From Sarea resinae (Eukaryota), in contig JAPEUD010000004.1 of the NCBI GenBank assembly GCA_026026165.1, positions 310,001-374,000 of the forward strand: DNA of 64,000 bases, written 5' to 3'. This document shows, in pieces, positions 1-11,261 of the stretch. The notes under the pieces were generated by a model. That model searched no databases. It was not told the DNA's origin and saw only the letters and a program-made list of their open reading frames with translations. The translations under genes were made by a program, and so were the position numbers. Positions within the stretch are counted from its first letter, which is position 1. Each line of letters starts with the position of its first letter.

Positions 1-1268
1 CACAATGCCGAGGAGTTGGTCAAGCGGGGAACTGGTCCATACTTCTATCTTCCCAAGATGGAGTCACATCTGGAAGCTCGTCTGTGGAACGACGTCTTCA
101 ACCTTGGCCAGGATTATATCGGAATGAGGCGGGGTACCATCCGAGGAACTGTCTTGATTGAGACCATCTTGGCCGCATTTGAGATGGACGAGGTATGTTG
201 TTTTGTAATGATAGTCATAATGGCCTGGCTAATTTGATCATCTAGATCATCTATGAACTCCGTGACCACAGCTCTGGACTCAACTGCGGTCGGTGGGATT
301 ACATCTTCAGCGTTATCAAGAAGTTCCGCAACAACTCGAACTTCGTCCTTCCCGATCGGTCCGCAGTCACCATGACTGTGCCGTTCATGGACGCCTACGT
401 CAAGCTACTAATCAAGACCTGCCACAGAAGAGGAGTGCACGCAATGGTATGCTTAGTCGAATCTGGTCTCAAATAACAGCGCTAATTTGGTTTTCAGGGT
501 GGCATGGCAGCACAAATCCCCATCAAGACCGACCCGAAGGCGAACGAGATCGCCATGGCTGGCGTCCGGGCCGATAAGCTCAGAGAAGTTCGGGCAGGTC
601 ATGACGGAACCTGGGTTGCTCACCCCGCTCTCGCTGCCATCGCCTCTGACGTCTTTAACACGCACATGCCCACTCCTAACCAAATCTTCATTCGCCGAGA
701 GGACGTTCACATCACTGGCAACGATCTGCTCAATATGAACGTTCCGGGTAAGGTCACCGAAGAAGGTATCAGAAAGAATTTGAACATCGGTCTGGGCTAT
801 ATGGAAGGATGGCTACGAGGTATTGGCTGCGTGCCAATCAACTTCTTGATGGTTAGATCCCCTATATCCCTCTCGAAAAATCATCTTCCAGAAAGCTGAT
901 ACCCGGAACAGGAGGACGCTGCGACTGCAGAAGTAAGCCGAAGCCAACTTTGGCAATGGAGCAAGCACGGCATCGCCACTGCCGAAGGCAAGCGCGTCGA
1001 CAAGGCGTACGCCCTCAAGCTCTTGCACGAGCAAGCCCAGGAGCTGGCCTCCAAGTCGCCTGCCGGAAACAAATATCACCTCGCTGAGAAGTACTTTGCG
1101 GGCCAAGTGACGGGCGAGGACTACGCCGACTTTTTGACCTCGTAAGTCACCATTTATGCTTCCCTTTGAGTGCATTCGTCGCTCCTATACCGGATGAGAA
1201 CTAATGCCATTTTCAACAGGCTATTGTACAATGAAATCACATCGGTAGGCGCCGCTGCGAAGTTGTAA
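1..1268 (+). CDS. MLS1: Malate synthase, glyoxysomal (5' end outside window; 4 introns visible)
   Basis: Spliced translation has [50 protein letters not shown] and [17 protein letters not shown]. Introns at about 193-245, 447-497, 852-911, 1142-1219. Ends ...GAAAKL* (PTS1-type AKL), stop 1266-1268. Confidence 0.97.
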
Positions 1269-2723
1269 TCAATTTGAAAAAAAAACAATCATGTAAACAA
1301 GTCAGTCGATGAGCATTCCCCAGATATATTATTGCTATAAATGATCAGTTTTCTCCTCACTTCTGGGTTTCTTTCTCATCTTGTTCCTACCTCTCCTTTT
1401 CTCGGCTTGGGGTGGACCAGACGTGCTGATTCATTTCCTCTGCTTCCCATGTACAGATCAAAGAACCACAAGTCCTGACGTCTGCTTCGGGTGCGAACTG
1501 AACCTGCGAACGGGTTCGAGGAAAACGAATAGCATTTTGAATGAATGACACTTGGCGGCGAATGTATAGCCTGATCGGTGCGCAGAGAAGGGGGGAAACA
1601 AGTCTCGTCCTCTTTGACTAGGCCCGTATGTGTGGATTGAACTGGGATTGGAATCGTTAATGACGTCGAATGAAATCTTATTTTACATTCCAACGTGACT
1701 GGTCCATGCTTTTTACTCTGGGTTTCGCTGTCGAGATTTTAGATTTTGATTTTGATGACTGATGTGTGATGTGTGATGAATGGTATTTTGGACATGGTAT
1801 TTTGGACATGATATGATATCAAATACGTCACAGCCAGTCGTCATAAAATTGATCCGTCTTGAGCTGAGCGCAAGAAACGCAGATTTTCACATTCCAGCTT
1901 CGACCTACTCCTTGCCCAAAGTCATTAACGACCGTCTCAAACCCTCACCTTCCGGCAAATCGATGAAAAAGCCCTCGATAATTTTATTTCCCCCCATAGT
2001 GACGAGGATCGAAGCCTTGAGATTAATTCCTAGCAGAAATCGTCGCACGTCTGTGACTGGTCTGGTATTCTTGACGAAAATCGTCGAACGTCTCAGTGCT
2101 TAATGGATACCGGATTTGATATTTGACTTGGGGTGTGTTCGCGACCGAAATCGTTGGTCGGCTCAGAGACGCTGTCTATCGTCCGGATTTTTCGACGGCA
2201 ACGTTGCGGAAGGAGTTTTGGACGAAGATCTTGGAATGCTTCGGATACGCGCGCCATCTAGTGTTCGAGGTGACTTCTAGTACGCATCTATCTGCTGTAC
2301 AGTGTCTAGACAGTGAGTTGCAGTGAGGTTGCAGGTCCCGGACAAGCTCTGTCTTTCTTTCATGGTGCGCCTCCATTTATCCATCCGTCCGTCCATTCAT
2401 CCGTCTATCGACGATTGATATGTATGTACAGAACAGCACAGAAACATAAGCAGCGAGCGTCATTACTCGGGATAGATAGCACAATATGATTCCCATTACA
2501 GAAAAGGACATCCATTGTACCCCACAACCATGCCAAAGGAAAGGAAGAGCACCAACCCGCATTTTAAAGTCCCTTGCGCAGAAAATGGAAACGCAAATAT
2601 TCGAACAGTGGTGAAGAGTAAGTAGGTCAAGACACATATCAACGAGAGCAAGAAACAGCGCAGTCCCGCAAGGTCGGCAAGGTCGGCGAGCTCGCTGGCT
2701 GGCTAACTGGCTGGCTGGCTGGC

Positions 2724-3689
2724 TTACTCGGCGGCTGCCGTTGCTTGCCGCCGTATCTCCTCCTTTCGCTTGGCGATCTCGGCCTCTCGCGCAGCTTGGT
2801 CCTCGATGTATTTGGCGCGGTTGTTGGCTTGGTCTTCGGCTGCTGCTACCCACACTGTGGACGCGTCTTGGTTCAGAAGGATTCTTGATGGAAGGGAAGG
2901 GGGGGTAATAGCTGATTTCCGGGATGAAAAGGGGAAAAGGATGAACGGAATTTGCGCAGGGAAAGCCTACTAGGTTTGTCGGACTTTGAATACTCCTGTA
3001 GTTTGTTGATGAATTTTCCATACTCTTCTTGTCGCTCTGCTCGCTTTTCTAGGGAGCGTCGTTGGAGGTCGGGGTTATATCTCTGTTTTTGGACGTTCGC
3101 GGTCAGATGTAATGAGGGAGACGAGAGCGATAGTTCATTGGTCTGTGGGGACGGGGCTGGGCAATAAAGCAGGGCAGCAAAGACAAAAGGACTGCCTTGA
3201 AAGTCTGCCTTGAAGTCTTTTCGATTTCATTTTTGACACATGCGTCTTCGCGGAAACTCTTCACTGAAACAAGGCTTGAAAGGAAGGAAGACGTGGGGAA
3301 AACCGAGCCAACAAACTAGACATTACGTACGCATACCAAAACACGGTAGAATAAATCAAGTGAACTGATATATATGATTCAACGTACCTTGAATAGCTCT
3401 TCTTCAGTCGGTGTCACGTAGTATACGAGTGCCGGACCGCCGATACACATGACCACTCCGCTGCAAGAATGCCAAAATCTATTAGCATCTGCATACCTAG
3501 CAACGACCGAGCTACCATGACCATCGTCACCGAACGATATCTCGGCCAAGGGATTCATTCCTGCTCGAGGTTGCCGGGTGGCGTCATGTGACACCAGAGG
3601 GTATGAAACATGGAACAGTATACACGGCCGACGGCGGGCGGGACTTACGCGGCAATCATCTTTCCCCAGAGTCCATAGTTGGTGGGCAT
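2724..3689 (-). CDS. CBP4: Cytochrome bc1 assembly factor Cbp4 (4 exons)
   Basis: [59 protein letters not shown]...YSKSDKP|MWVAAAE...; the [15 protein letters not shown] and SKSDKP-W motifs are typical of Cbp4; canonical splice sites. Confidence 0.88.
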
Positions 3690-4797
3690 GGCGGCGGTGG
3701 CGGTGGTGATGATGTTGTTGTTGTTGATGGTGGTGATGATGATGATGATACTGTTACAGTCGCAGGTGGTGTGGTGCAATAAGATAGGCCTGATTGGTGC
3801 TTGTTTCGTGTGGGCTCTGGCGTTTCGGTTTTGAGCTTTTGAGCTTTTGACGTTTCGAGATCCGAGGATGGCAGCTACCAATCTCGGGGAAGCGAGAGGA
3901 GACAATGATGCAGACAATCACCGACGACCTCCAGTCCTTGATGATGTCCAGCTCACGATGGAATATCAATGTCGTATTATTCCTGCGAAGGATGCGTTAG
4001 GTCTATACTATGGATGGTAGATGATGATTCTACTACGGTCAGGTAAGGTCAGGGACCCTTCCATGCTCCCGTCTGTACTCCATGCAGTCGCATCATGGAT
4101 GCCTCGATGCCTCAGCCCCTCAGCCCCTCAGCCCCTCGCCCCTCGCCCCCAGCGAGGGCTCAGCCACAGCTTGCTGGTTCGGGTGTGGCTTCGTACCTAC
4201 GAGATATGAAGTACACGGTGCATCGATGTGTCGCTTCGCTCCCCTTGCATGTACCTCGTGCCTCCTGTGCTTCCTTACGGTGACCAAAGCGACCAAAGTG
4301 ACCAGAGTGACCAAAGTGGAACCTCGTGCCTGACTTTCTGTACTTGCTGCTCGACAACCTCTCACCTAGCCGTTGCCCTATTCCGAGTTCGTGCGACGGT
4401 CTCTATCCCACTCTTTTCTTTGTCAGGGCAGACCTGATTGAACCTCATGCCCATCCCTCTCGCTGGCCCAATGCACGAAGCCGATACGCGCTGACCGACA
4501 TCATTCATTCCTTTTTATTGATCATCGACTGTCTGCCGACATCCTGAACCTCCAAATCCACTTCGGGACTCTCCGTGGAGACCATTCAATCTCCCTCCAG
4601 TTGGTGCCAACTCATCCACGCTCTTTCGCTCCATTGTCCATTCAACCGCTGGCGATGCGCCTGCTCTTGCTGACCTTTGCGCCTACTGCCGTTTTCGCTT
4701 CCCAGGTCCGGACGACTTTTGCGGCCCTTTTCTGAGCTGTCCAGGACCGAAACGGTAGATCTCTCTCGAGGGGACACGACTCTGGAATATTTCTATC

Positions 4798-7700
4798 ATG
4801 GCATATGACATGAACACGGCCTACCAGGCTCCCCAGCGACGACCATTGCAGTCCCCCACTTCTCCAACCGCGGCATATGGTGGCTACAACGCCGGTCAGG
4901 CAACCGGTGGTTATGGCTACGACGGCTATGCCGAAGGTGGATACTCCAATCAACCATATGTAGACCCATATGCAGGAACCAACGGGCAATACGCCCAACA
5001 ACCACGGCAGCCCGCACAAGCGCCCGCACAAGCTCATCGCCCTCCAGCTCGGCCAAACCAGAATGGCTACGACAGACCACCGCCATCTCGAAATTACGGG
5101 GACCCTCGAGCCCGGAATGGATACCCCGAACATGCTCCCAGCAATGGAGGCCCGCAGACCCGGAGAAGAGACAATTCAAATGGAAGAGCAGTCATCCCAG
5201 GCCGCGGAACCCCGGGCCCAGATCCGCGCACGAAGGCCCGGCCGCCTCCCTCAAATCAAGGTCAGCTCTGCAAGGTGCAAACCTAGTCTCTAATCGCTGA
5301 CATTTGCTTTCCCCATCGCAGACTGGGATAGAGCACGTCGGCCAGATTTCCCCACCCAGAAGACCTGGAACGGTCAATATCCCCCACCGCGCAAACCCGA
5401 ATCGAAGAGCTTGGACGACTCGATGGCCGGTATGAGCTTAACGAATAATGCCTATAACAGAGAGCCGTACCCGCGCCCTCAAACCGCGGATAACAGACGA
5501 CCAAATAAGCCTTATAGGAATTACAACAACGTTGCCGAAGGCGGATATGCCGATGGTTATGGTAATGGCCCGGGTAATGTCGAGTATCCGTCTCGGCCAC
5601 CAGAGAGAGCACAACCAGGTGCCCCTAAGTATGCCCAGGACCCGCGGGACAGATCATACAGCCAGACTGGCCGTCAAAGGCCGCCGCAGCCGCAGCCGCA
5701 GCCGCAGCCAGGATATGCTCCTCAACAGCCTCAGTATGATGGACGGTTCAGGCAAGCGCATACTACCCCCGCATCTCCCACCAAACCGCCCCCCGACTTT
5801 GTTCCCCCGAGAAGTATGACTATGCCCAATGGATATGGTGATCACGCCGCCAACGGTGAAGCTCGGCCGAAGTACCCAGGCCAAGCGAAATGGCAAGAGC
5901 CCGGCCCAGGACCAAGTTATCATGGCCCAGAAGAGACAGAGTTCATTCCCGCAAGACCTGCAACAGCTAATGGCTCAAGACCAGCTGCACCACAACTGCA
6001 CACAGATGAAGCACCGCACCACGATCCTAATGACTATGCTCCGGAACCTGTCCACGCGCCAGCTGGACAAGAGAGACCACTTAGTCTGGGCGTATTCCTG
6101 GACTCATATTACAATCTTCCCCATGAACCGTATCCTTTCACGGGCCATTATCAGGAATTACCTATAGACGAGGTAGACGAGGCGGACGAAGATATGCCGA
6201 ACTTTGATGCTGTCTCGGAGCAGGCGTCGAATCACCGGCGTGGGATGACTATTGACCAGCATCTGAAACCGCAGAATGAAGCCGTGCCAGACGTACCTCC
6301 TCTACCGGATCTCTCGAGTTATCAGACCCACAAAAGTCGGTCCCAGCCAAATCTGCGGGAGCAGGGACAAGGTGGAATGCCCAATGGCCGTTCTCCATAC
6401 GGATTATCTATTGATGTGCCCGACGTTCCTCCAATGCCAGTCCAGCCCAATGGCAACTTTGGCCCGCAAAGCTATCAAAATGTTCAGTCACCCTACGGAG
6501 AGGTCCCTGGGCGAAGCTCTATGGATCGACAAAACCAAGGATACTACCCAGCCAATGGACAACAACAACCTACTCCTATAGACCCACGTCGGTACGACAG
6601 CAACGCACAGCGATCCAACTCCGACAAGAGTAGCAGATTGGCAAGAACTCCAATAAGTCCCGGTACACAGAACGGCTTTGGGGTCAGCCCTTCCACGACC
6701 CGTCCATTGAATCCTGATGCTCTCCCCGAACATCCAACCCCTATTAGACCAGGCCTGATGACGGGATCGGTAGTCAATCAGCCGGAAAAGGCGCCTCCTG
6801 TTAGGCAATACGGTACGAATAATCCTCCACAGCAAAACGGTCAAGCGCCAATGCCCGATCGTCACGCTTCTGTGGCCGTTACCCCACAAGAACTCGAACA
6901 GCTCAAGCAGGCCATGAGGAAAAGCCCTTCCGACTTGAAGGTGCAGATGAAATTGGTGAAAAAATGGGAAGAGGCGGCAACGGTTCTTGCCGATGAGGGT
7001 GGCAGGGCGGATCCCAAGACGCGGAATAAGAATCGGGAGAGGTACATCCTTGACTCACATAAACTCTTGAAGAAGCTTGTCCATTCTGGCTATCCGGATG
7101 CCATGTTTTATCTGGCGGACTGTCTAGGGCGAGGCGGGTTGGGACTCGAGAATGATCCCAAGGAAGCGTTCACTCTCTATCAATCCGCAGCGAAGGCAGG
7201 ACATGCTCAGTCAGCATATCGGACGGCAGTATGCTGCGAGCTAGGCCAGGAGGAAGGAGGTGGCACGCGCAAGGACCCCGTCAAAGCTGTGCAGTGGTAC
7301 AAAAGAGCTGCAGCCTTGGGCGATACTCCTGCCATGTACAAGATGGGCATGATCCTCCTCAAGGGCCTGCTCGGGCAGCCTAGGGATTCTCAAGAAGCCG
7401 TGACTTGGCTTAAAAGAGCGGCGGAACGGGCTGATGAGGAAAATCCACATGCTCTTCATGAGCTAGCTCTTCTATACGAAAATGCAGGGCCTAACGACGG
7501 TATCATCCGCGACGATCAGTACTCGCTTCAGCTTTTCACCCAAGCTGCAAACCTTGGCTACAAATTTTCTCAGTTCCGCCTCGGCTGTGCCTTCGAGTAC
7601 GGCCACATGGGATGTCCCATCGACCCGCGACAGAGTATCATGTGGTACAGCCGCGCGGCCGTCAACGAAGAGCATCAGAGCGAGCTCGCACTCAGTGGCT

Positions 7701-8076
7701 GGTACCTCACCGGCTCGGAAGGCGTCTTGGGCCAGAGTGACACCGAGGCTTATCTCTGGGCTCGCAAAGCGGCGATGGCTGGTTTGGCCAAGGCGGAGTA
7801 TGCCATGGGATATTTCACCGAGGTTGGTATTGGAGCGCCGGCGAACCTCGAGGACGCCAAGAGATGGTACTGGAGAGCTGCTTGTAAGCATTTGATTTCT
7901 GTTCGGAGACCCTGAAGGCAAGGACACTAATGTGCTCTGTAGCGAAACACTTTCCTAAAGCCAAAGAACGGCTCGAGGATCTCCAACGCAATGGGTCCAA
8001 GGTGCAGAAGTCGCGCGAACGCCTCTCGCGATCCAACGTCAACAAGCAGCATGAGGGCGACTGCGTCGTCATGTGA
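4798..8076 (+). CDS. CHS4: Chitin synthase activator, Chs4/Skt5-like SEL1-repeat protein with C-terminal CaaX
   Basis: Exons 4798-5260, 5322-7882, 7942-8076 join in frame. Long P/Q/Y-rich N-terminus, several SEL1 repeats (AVQWYKRAAALG, AKRWYWRAA), C-terminus EGDCVVM*. Confidence 0.9.
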
Positions 8077-8244
8077 TCTTGAATTGGCTAGGCAGTGCCC
8101 TTTTATCTTCTTTCCCCTTTTTTTTACATTCTTTTGGGACTTTCGGGCGCGGTATTGGTGCATAGGGTTCTGTTGCGTTCTGGATTGGGATGTTTTCGGT
8201 TGCATTATTCCCCCCAACCGCTGAGGCGAGCGAGCATTTTCCTG

Positions 8245-8275
<31 letters not shown>

Positions 8276-9190
8276 TGCGTGCGTAATGCGTTTGTGTCCT
8301 CTTTTTTTCCCAAGGTGCCCCCTTCCGAGCTGCTCTCGTGGTTACCATGACACGAGGCTATTCATGTTTGTTCTTTTCTCTTCTTCTCCCCCATTCGCGT
8401 GCATAGCATTGGAGACGGTGTTTACTACTACTACTCTTACTTACGAAGTCCTGGCCTCGGGTCGCCTTGGCTTGGCTTGGCTTGGCCCGGCTTGGCCCGG
8501 CTTGGACCTTGCAATTTCTGGGGGGAATGGATTGATTGATTGATTGATTGTTTATATGGGATGAACGATTGGTGTTCTCTCTACTTCTGTTTTCGATTCT
8601 TCGATTCTCCCCCATACTTATTTACCTTCGTTCTTCCACGGCTACCTTTTAAGTTCGGTGGCGTATTATACCTACCTTGTGGATGATAGCGTAGGCTAGG
8701 CTAGGCTAGCGTAGGCTGGTATCAAACTATCTATCTCTTGGTCCATCCCATACTATCTCGTACCACGCTGGCCGAGTGAAGTGACTCAGCTTTCATAGAT
8801 AGGTCGGGGTCCTGGTATTTGGTGGTTGTATGGTTGGATCCCGAGGCGGGGTTTTGGGAGAGGGAGACTAGAGTGTGGGTGGTTGGGTGGGCGGTTGGGA
8901 TGGATGAGATGAGGTAGATGAGGTGGATGAGATGATCGTGTTGCAGAGGCTAGATAGAGGGTATGTGAATTTGATTTTGAATTTGATTTTGATTTTGATT
9001 TTGATTTTGATTTTGGTGAGACGGACAGATGGATAGGTAGGTAGGTAGGTAGGTAGGTAGGTAGGTAGGTAGGTAGGTAGGTAGGTAGGTAGATAGATAG
9101 GTAGATAGAAAGCATCTTCCTCTACACAATTATCTTGCTAAGTCCATCTCCCTTCTCCCTTCTCCCTTCTCCCTTCTCCCTTCTCTCTTC
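8245..9190. repeat. Cluster of simple sequence repeats between convergent chs4 and ctr genes
   Basis: (GTGC)n ~8253-8284, (CTTGG)n ~8466-8505, (GATT)n ~8530-8549, (GATTTT)n ~8972-9014, (TAGG)n ~9034-9093, (CTTCTCC)n ~9152-9185. Confidence 0.9.
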
Positions 9191-9537
9191 TCCCCCGGAT
9201 CTCAACTATAGATCTGCTGGAGATTCTAGGTGGGCCCCCTACACGAGATCTGTTCATTCGGGGCCGCTGTAGGTAGCTGGTTATGCATGGATGGATGGGC
9301 CTGCTGTCTATGCAGGTGTGAAACCGGACACCAGAGATGTTTTGAATACTACTCCGCTCCCCGTCCCCCCTCCCCCCACCCCTATGCCGTGTGATTTGAG
9401 CGATTGATTGATCGATTGAGCCGGACACCAGAAAACTCCTTGCTTGTGCCGTGCTGTGCCGTGCCGTGGTGCCTGAAATGAAGGGAAAATGGGAAGAAAA
9501 GAGAGAAAAGCAATGCGACTGAGTGACCAAGAGGACT

Positions 9538-10251
9538 TCAGTGCTCTTCGAGTTGCACGTAGCGTCCGACGGCCAGCTCGCCGAGAAAGACACCACCCAG
9601 GACGGACAGAAAGTATCCCACGTTCATGGTCATGACGGCGATCATGCTATCCGTTGATCAGCCACTTCGAGATCCGACGAGAAAAGAAGACCGACAACGG
9701 AAAAGACAAGACAAGACCTACAGCAGATATCCCACACCGGCAATGACCACCACCAGCAGAGCGCGGGGCCCATCGACCGTGATCCGCCACGGCGTCACGC
9801 CCCGCCCCTTGCGCTTGACCACCCGCACGCTCTCCTCGACGCCGCGCGCGCTGATCAGCGTCGCCTCCTTGCCGTCGGGGTCGCGCGCCACGCGCTCCGC
9901 CTCGGGCGTCGCGTCGGCCACGACGATGTAGCGGCGCTGCATGGCGTCGTCCAGCCAGCGCTGCTCGCACACGTGTTTGGCCGCCAGCAGGAGCCGGAAG
10001 ATGGAGGCTAGCACGATCAGGAAGATGCACGTGCCTGCGTACGTGCCGGTGGTCTGCGGGTGCCAGGATAGCGAATACAGGGGCGTGCTGTGCGAGGTGA
10101 AGAAGGTCGTTTGCATCGTGTTGTCCATTGAAGCGGAAGTGGAGGAGGTCGAGGAGGCCATTGGCATGCTCATGGTGCTGCTGCTGCTCATGCCGGCCAT
10201 GGCCATCGAGGAGGTCGGGCTCGATGCCGCGGATGACATTGGCATATCCAT
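9538..10251 (-). CDS. Ctr-family copper transporter (2 exons)
   Basis: Met/Ser-rich N-terminus (MDMPMSS...MAMAGMSS...MSMPM), LYSLSWHPQTTGTYAGTCIFL, and after splicing YLLMIAVMTMNVGYFLSVLGGVFLGE, containing the Ctr MxxxM and GxxxG motifs. Intron about 9647-9722. Confidence 0.93.
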
Positions 10252-11261
10252 GACGGGAAAAGGGCGATTGAATGGATGGATGGATGGATGGATGGATGGA
10301 TGGATGGGATGGCGATGATGCTGCCGAAGAGCCTTTCGGATGATGCAGAGAAGAGCGAGAAAGAGTCTCGACAAGCAGGTTGGAGAGGGAAAGAGGAGAG
10401 TAGATTTAGACGTTCGGGAGATGGCGAGCCATGTGCGAGACAGATGATGGATTTCTCGATTGTTTCTAGTGCGAGCAGCGTGTCATCTTCTGGTGATCTT
10501 CGGCCTCATTTACTGGTAGCAGTACGGACGGACATGGGTGATGAAGGACTGAATGAATGAATGAATGAATGAATCCCCAATAATGGGGCAGATGTCATGG
10601 AGTGAGTAGGAGGGAGGAGTGATGCGGTTACACCACCACCACCACCACCACCATCATGACGGGAATGGCCCATCTTGCGCCAGCTCGAGAGGCGCCCGTG
10701 TCGAGCAGATATGAGGCAGTTTCTCGCCGTCCCCGCCGTCGTCGCCGTTTCCCGTTCGGTGCGCACGAGGGGGAGTGGCCCCCTGCAAAACATGCTCATC
10801 GCTAACGCCGAAGGGAATGGTCGGACCCAGTACTTCCTTACTCTACTATGAGTACGTCAGTACTCGGTGCAGATGCCGTCGTCGGCCATCGGTACCTCGG
10901 ACAGAGCTCACCTTCGCCATACATCACCGCCCGCAGAGTGAGAGGAAGGGCAGGTATCCAATGTACTACCCTCTATCTATCAGAAGAGCAAGTGACGGTG
11001 TCCATGGATCCAATGATGGTCGTGGCAGGTCGAAAACCTTCTCATCTTGCCCCGCCGTGACACTTCTCGTCCTGTTCCCACCGATGCATCCAGATCCTCG
11101 ACCACTACTCGGAGTGATCAGCCATCATTCGTGCTCGCTCTCGTGCTCGTGTTGCTGATCGATGGAGTGTCTCTCCGAGTGACCGCTGGCCGTCTCTCTC
11201 TCTCTCTCTCTTCCTTTCTGACCTTCTCCCTCATCGTGAACATTACTCTCCCCACCTCATC

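Noticed and set aside
1505..1525. GGTTCGA T-loop-like words here and at ~13785 as tRNA genes
   Set aside because: No cloverleaf pairing or A-box context.
4655..4735. Hydrophobic uORF MRLLLLTFAPTAVFASQ... upstream of chs4
   Set aside because: It overlaps a branch point and acceptor-like signal (GCTGAC...CCCAG), so it is more likely 5' UTR intron sequence; unsupported without transcripts.
9034..9093. (TAGG)n as a telomere-like repeat or CRISPR-like array
   Set aside because: Simple internal tetranucleotide repeat, not TTAGGG, with no spacers.
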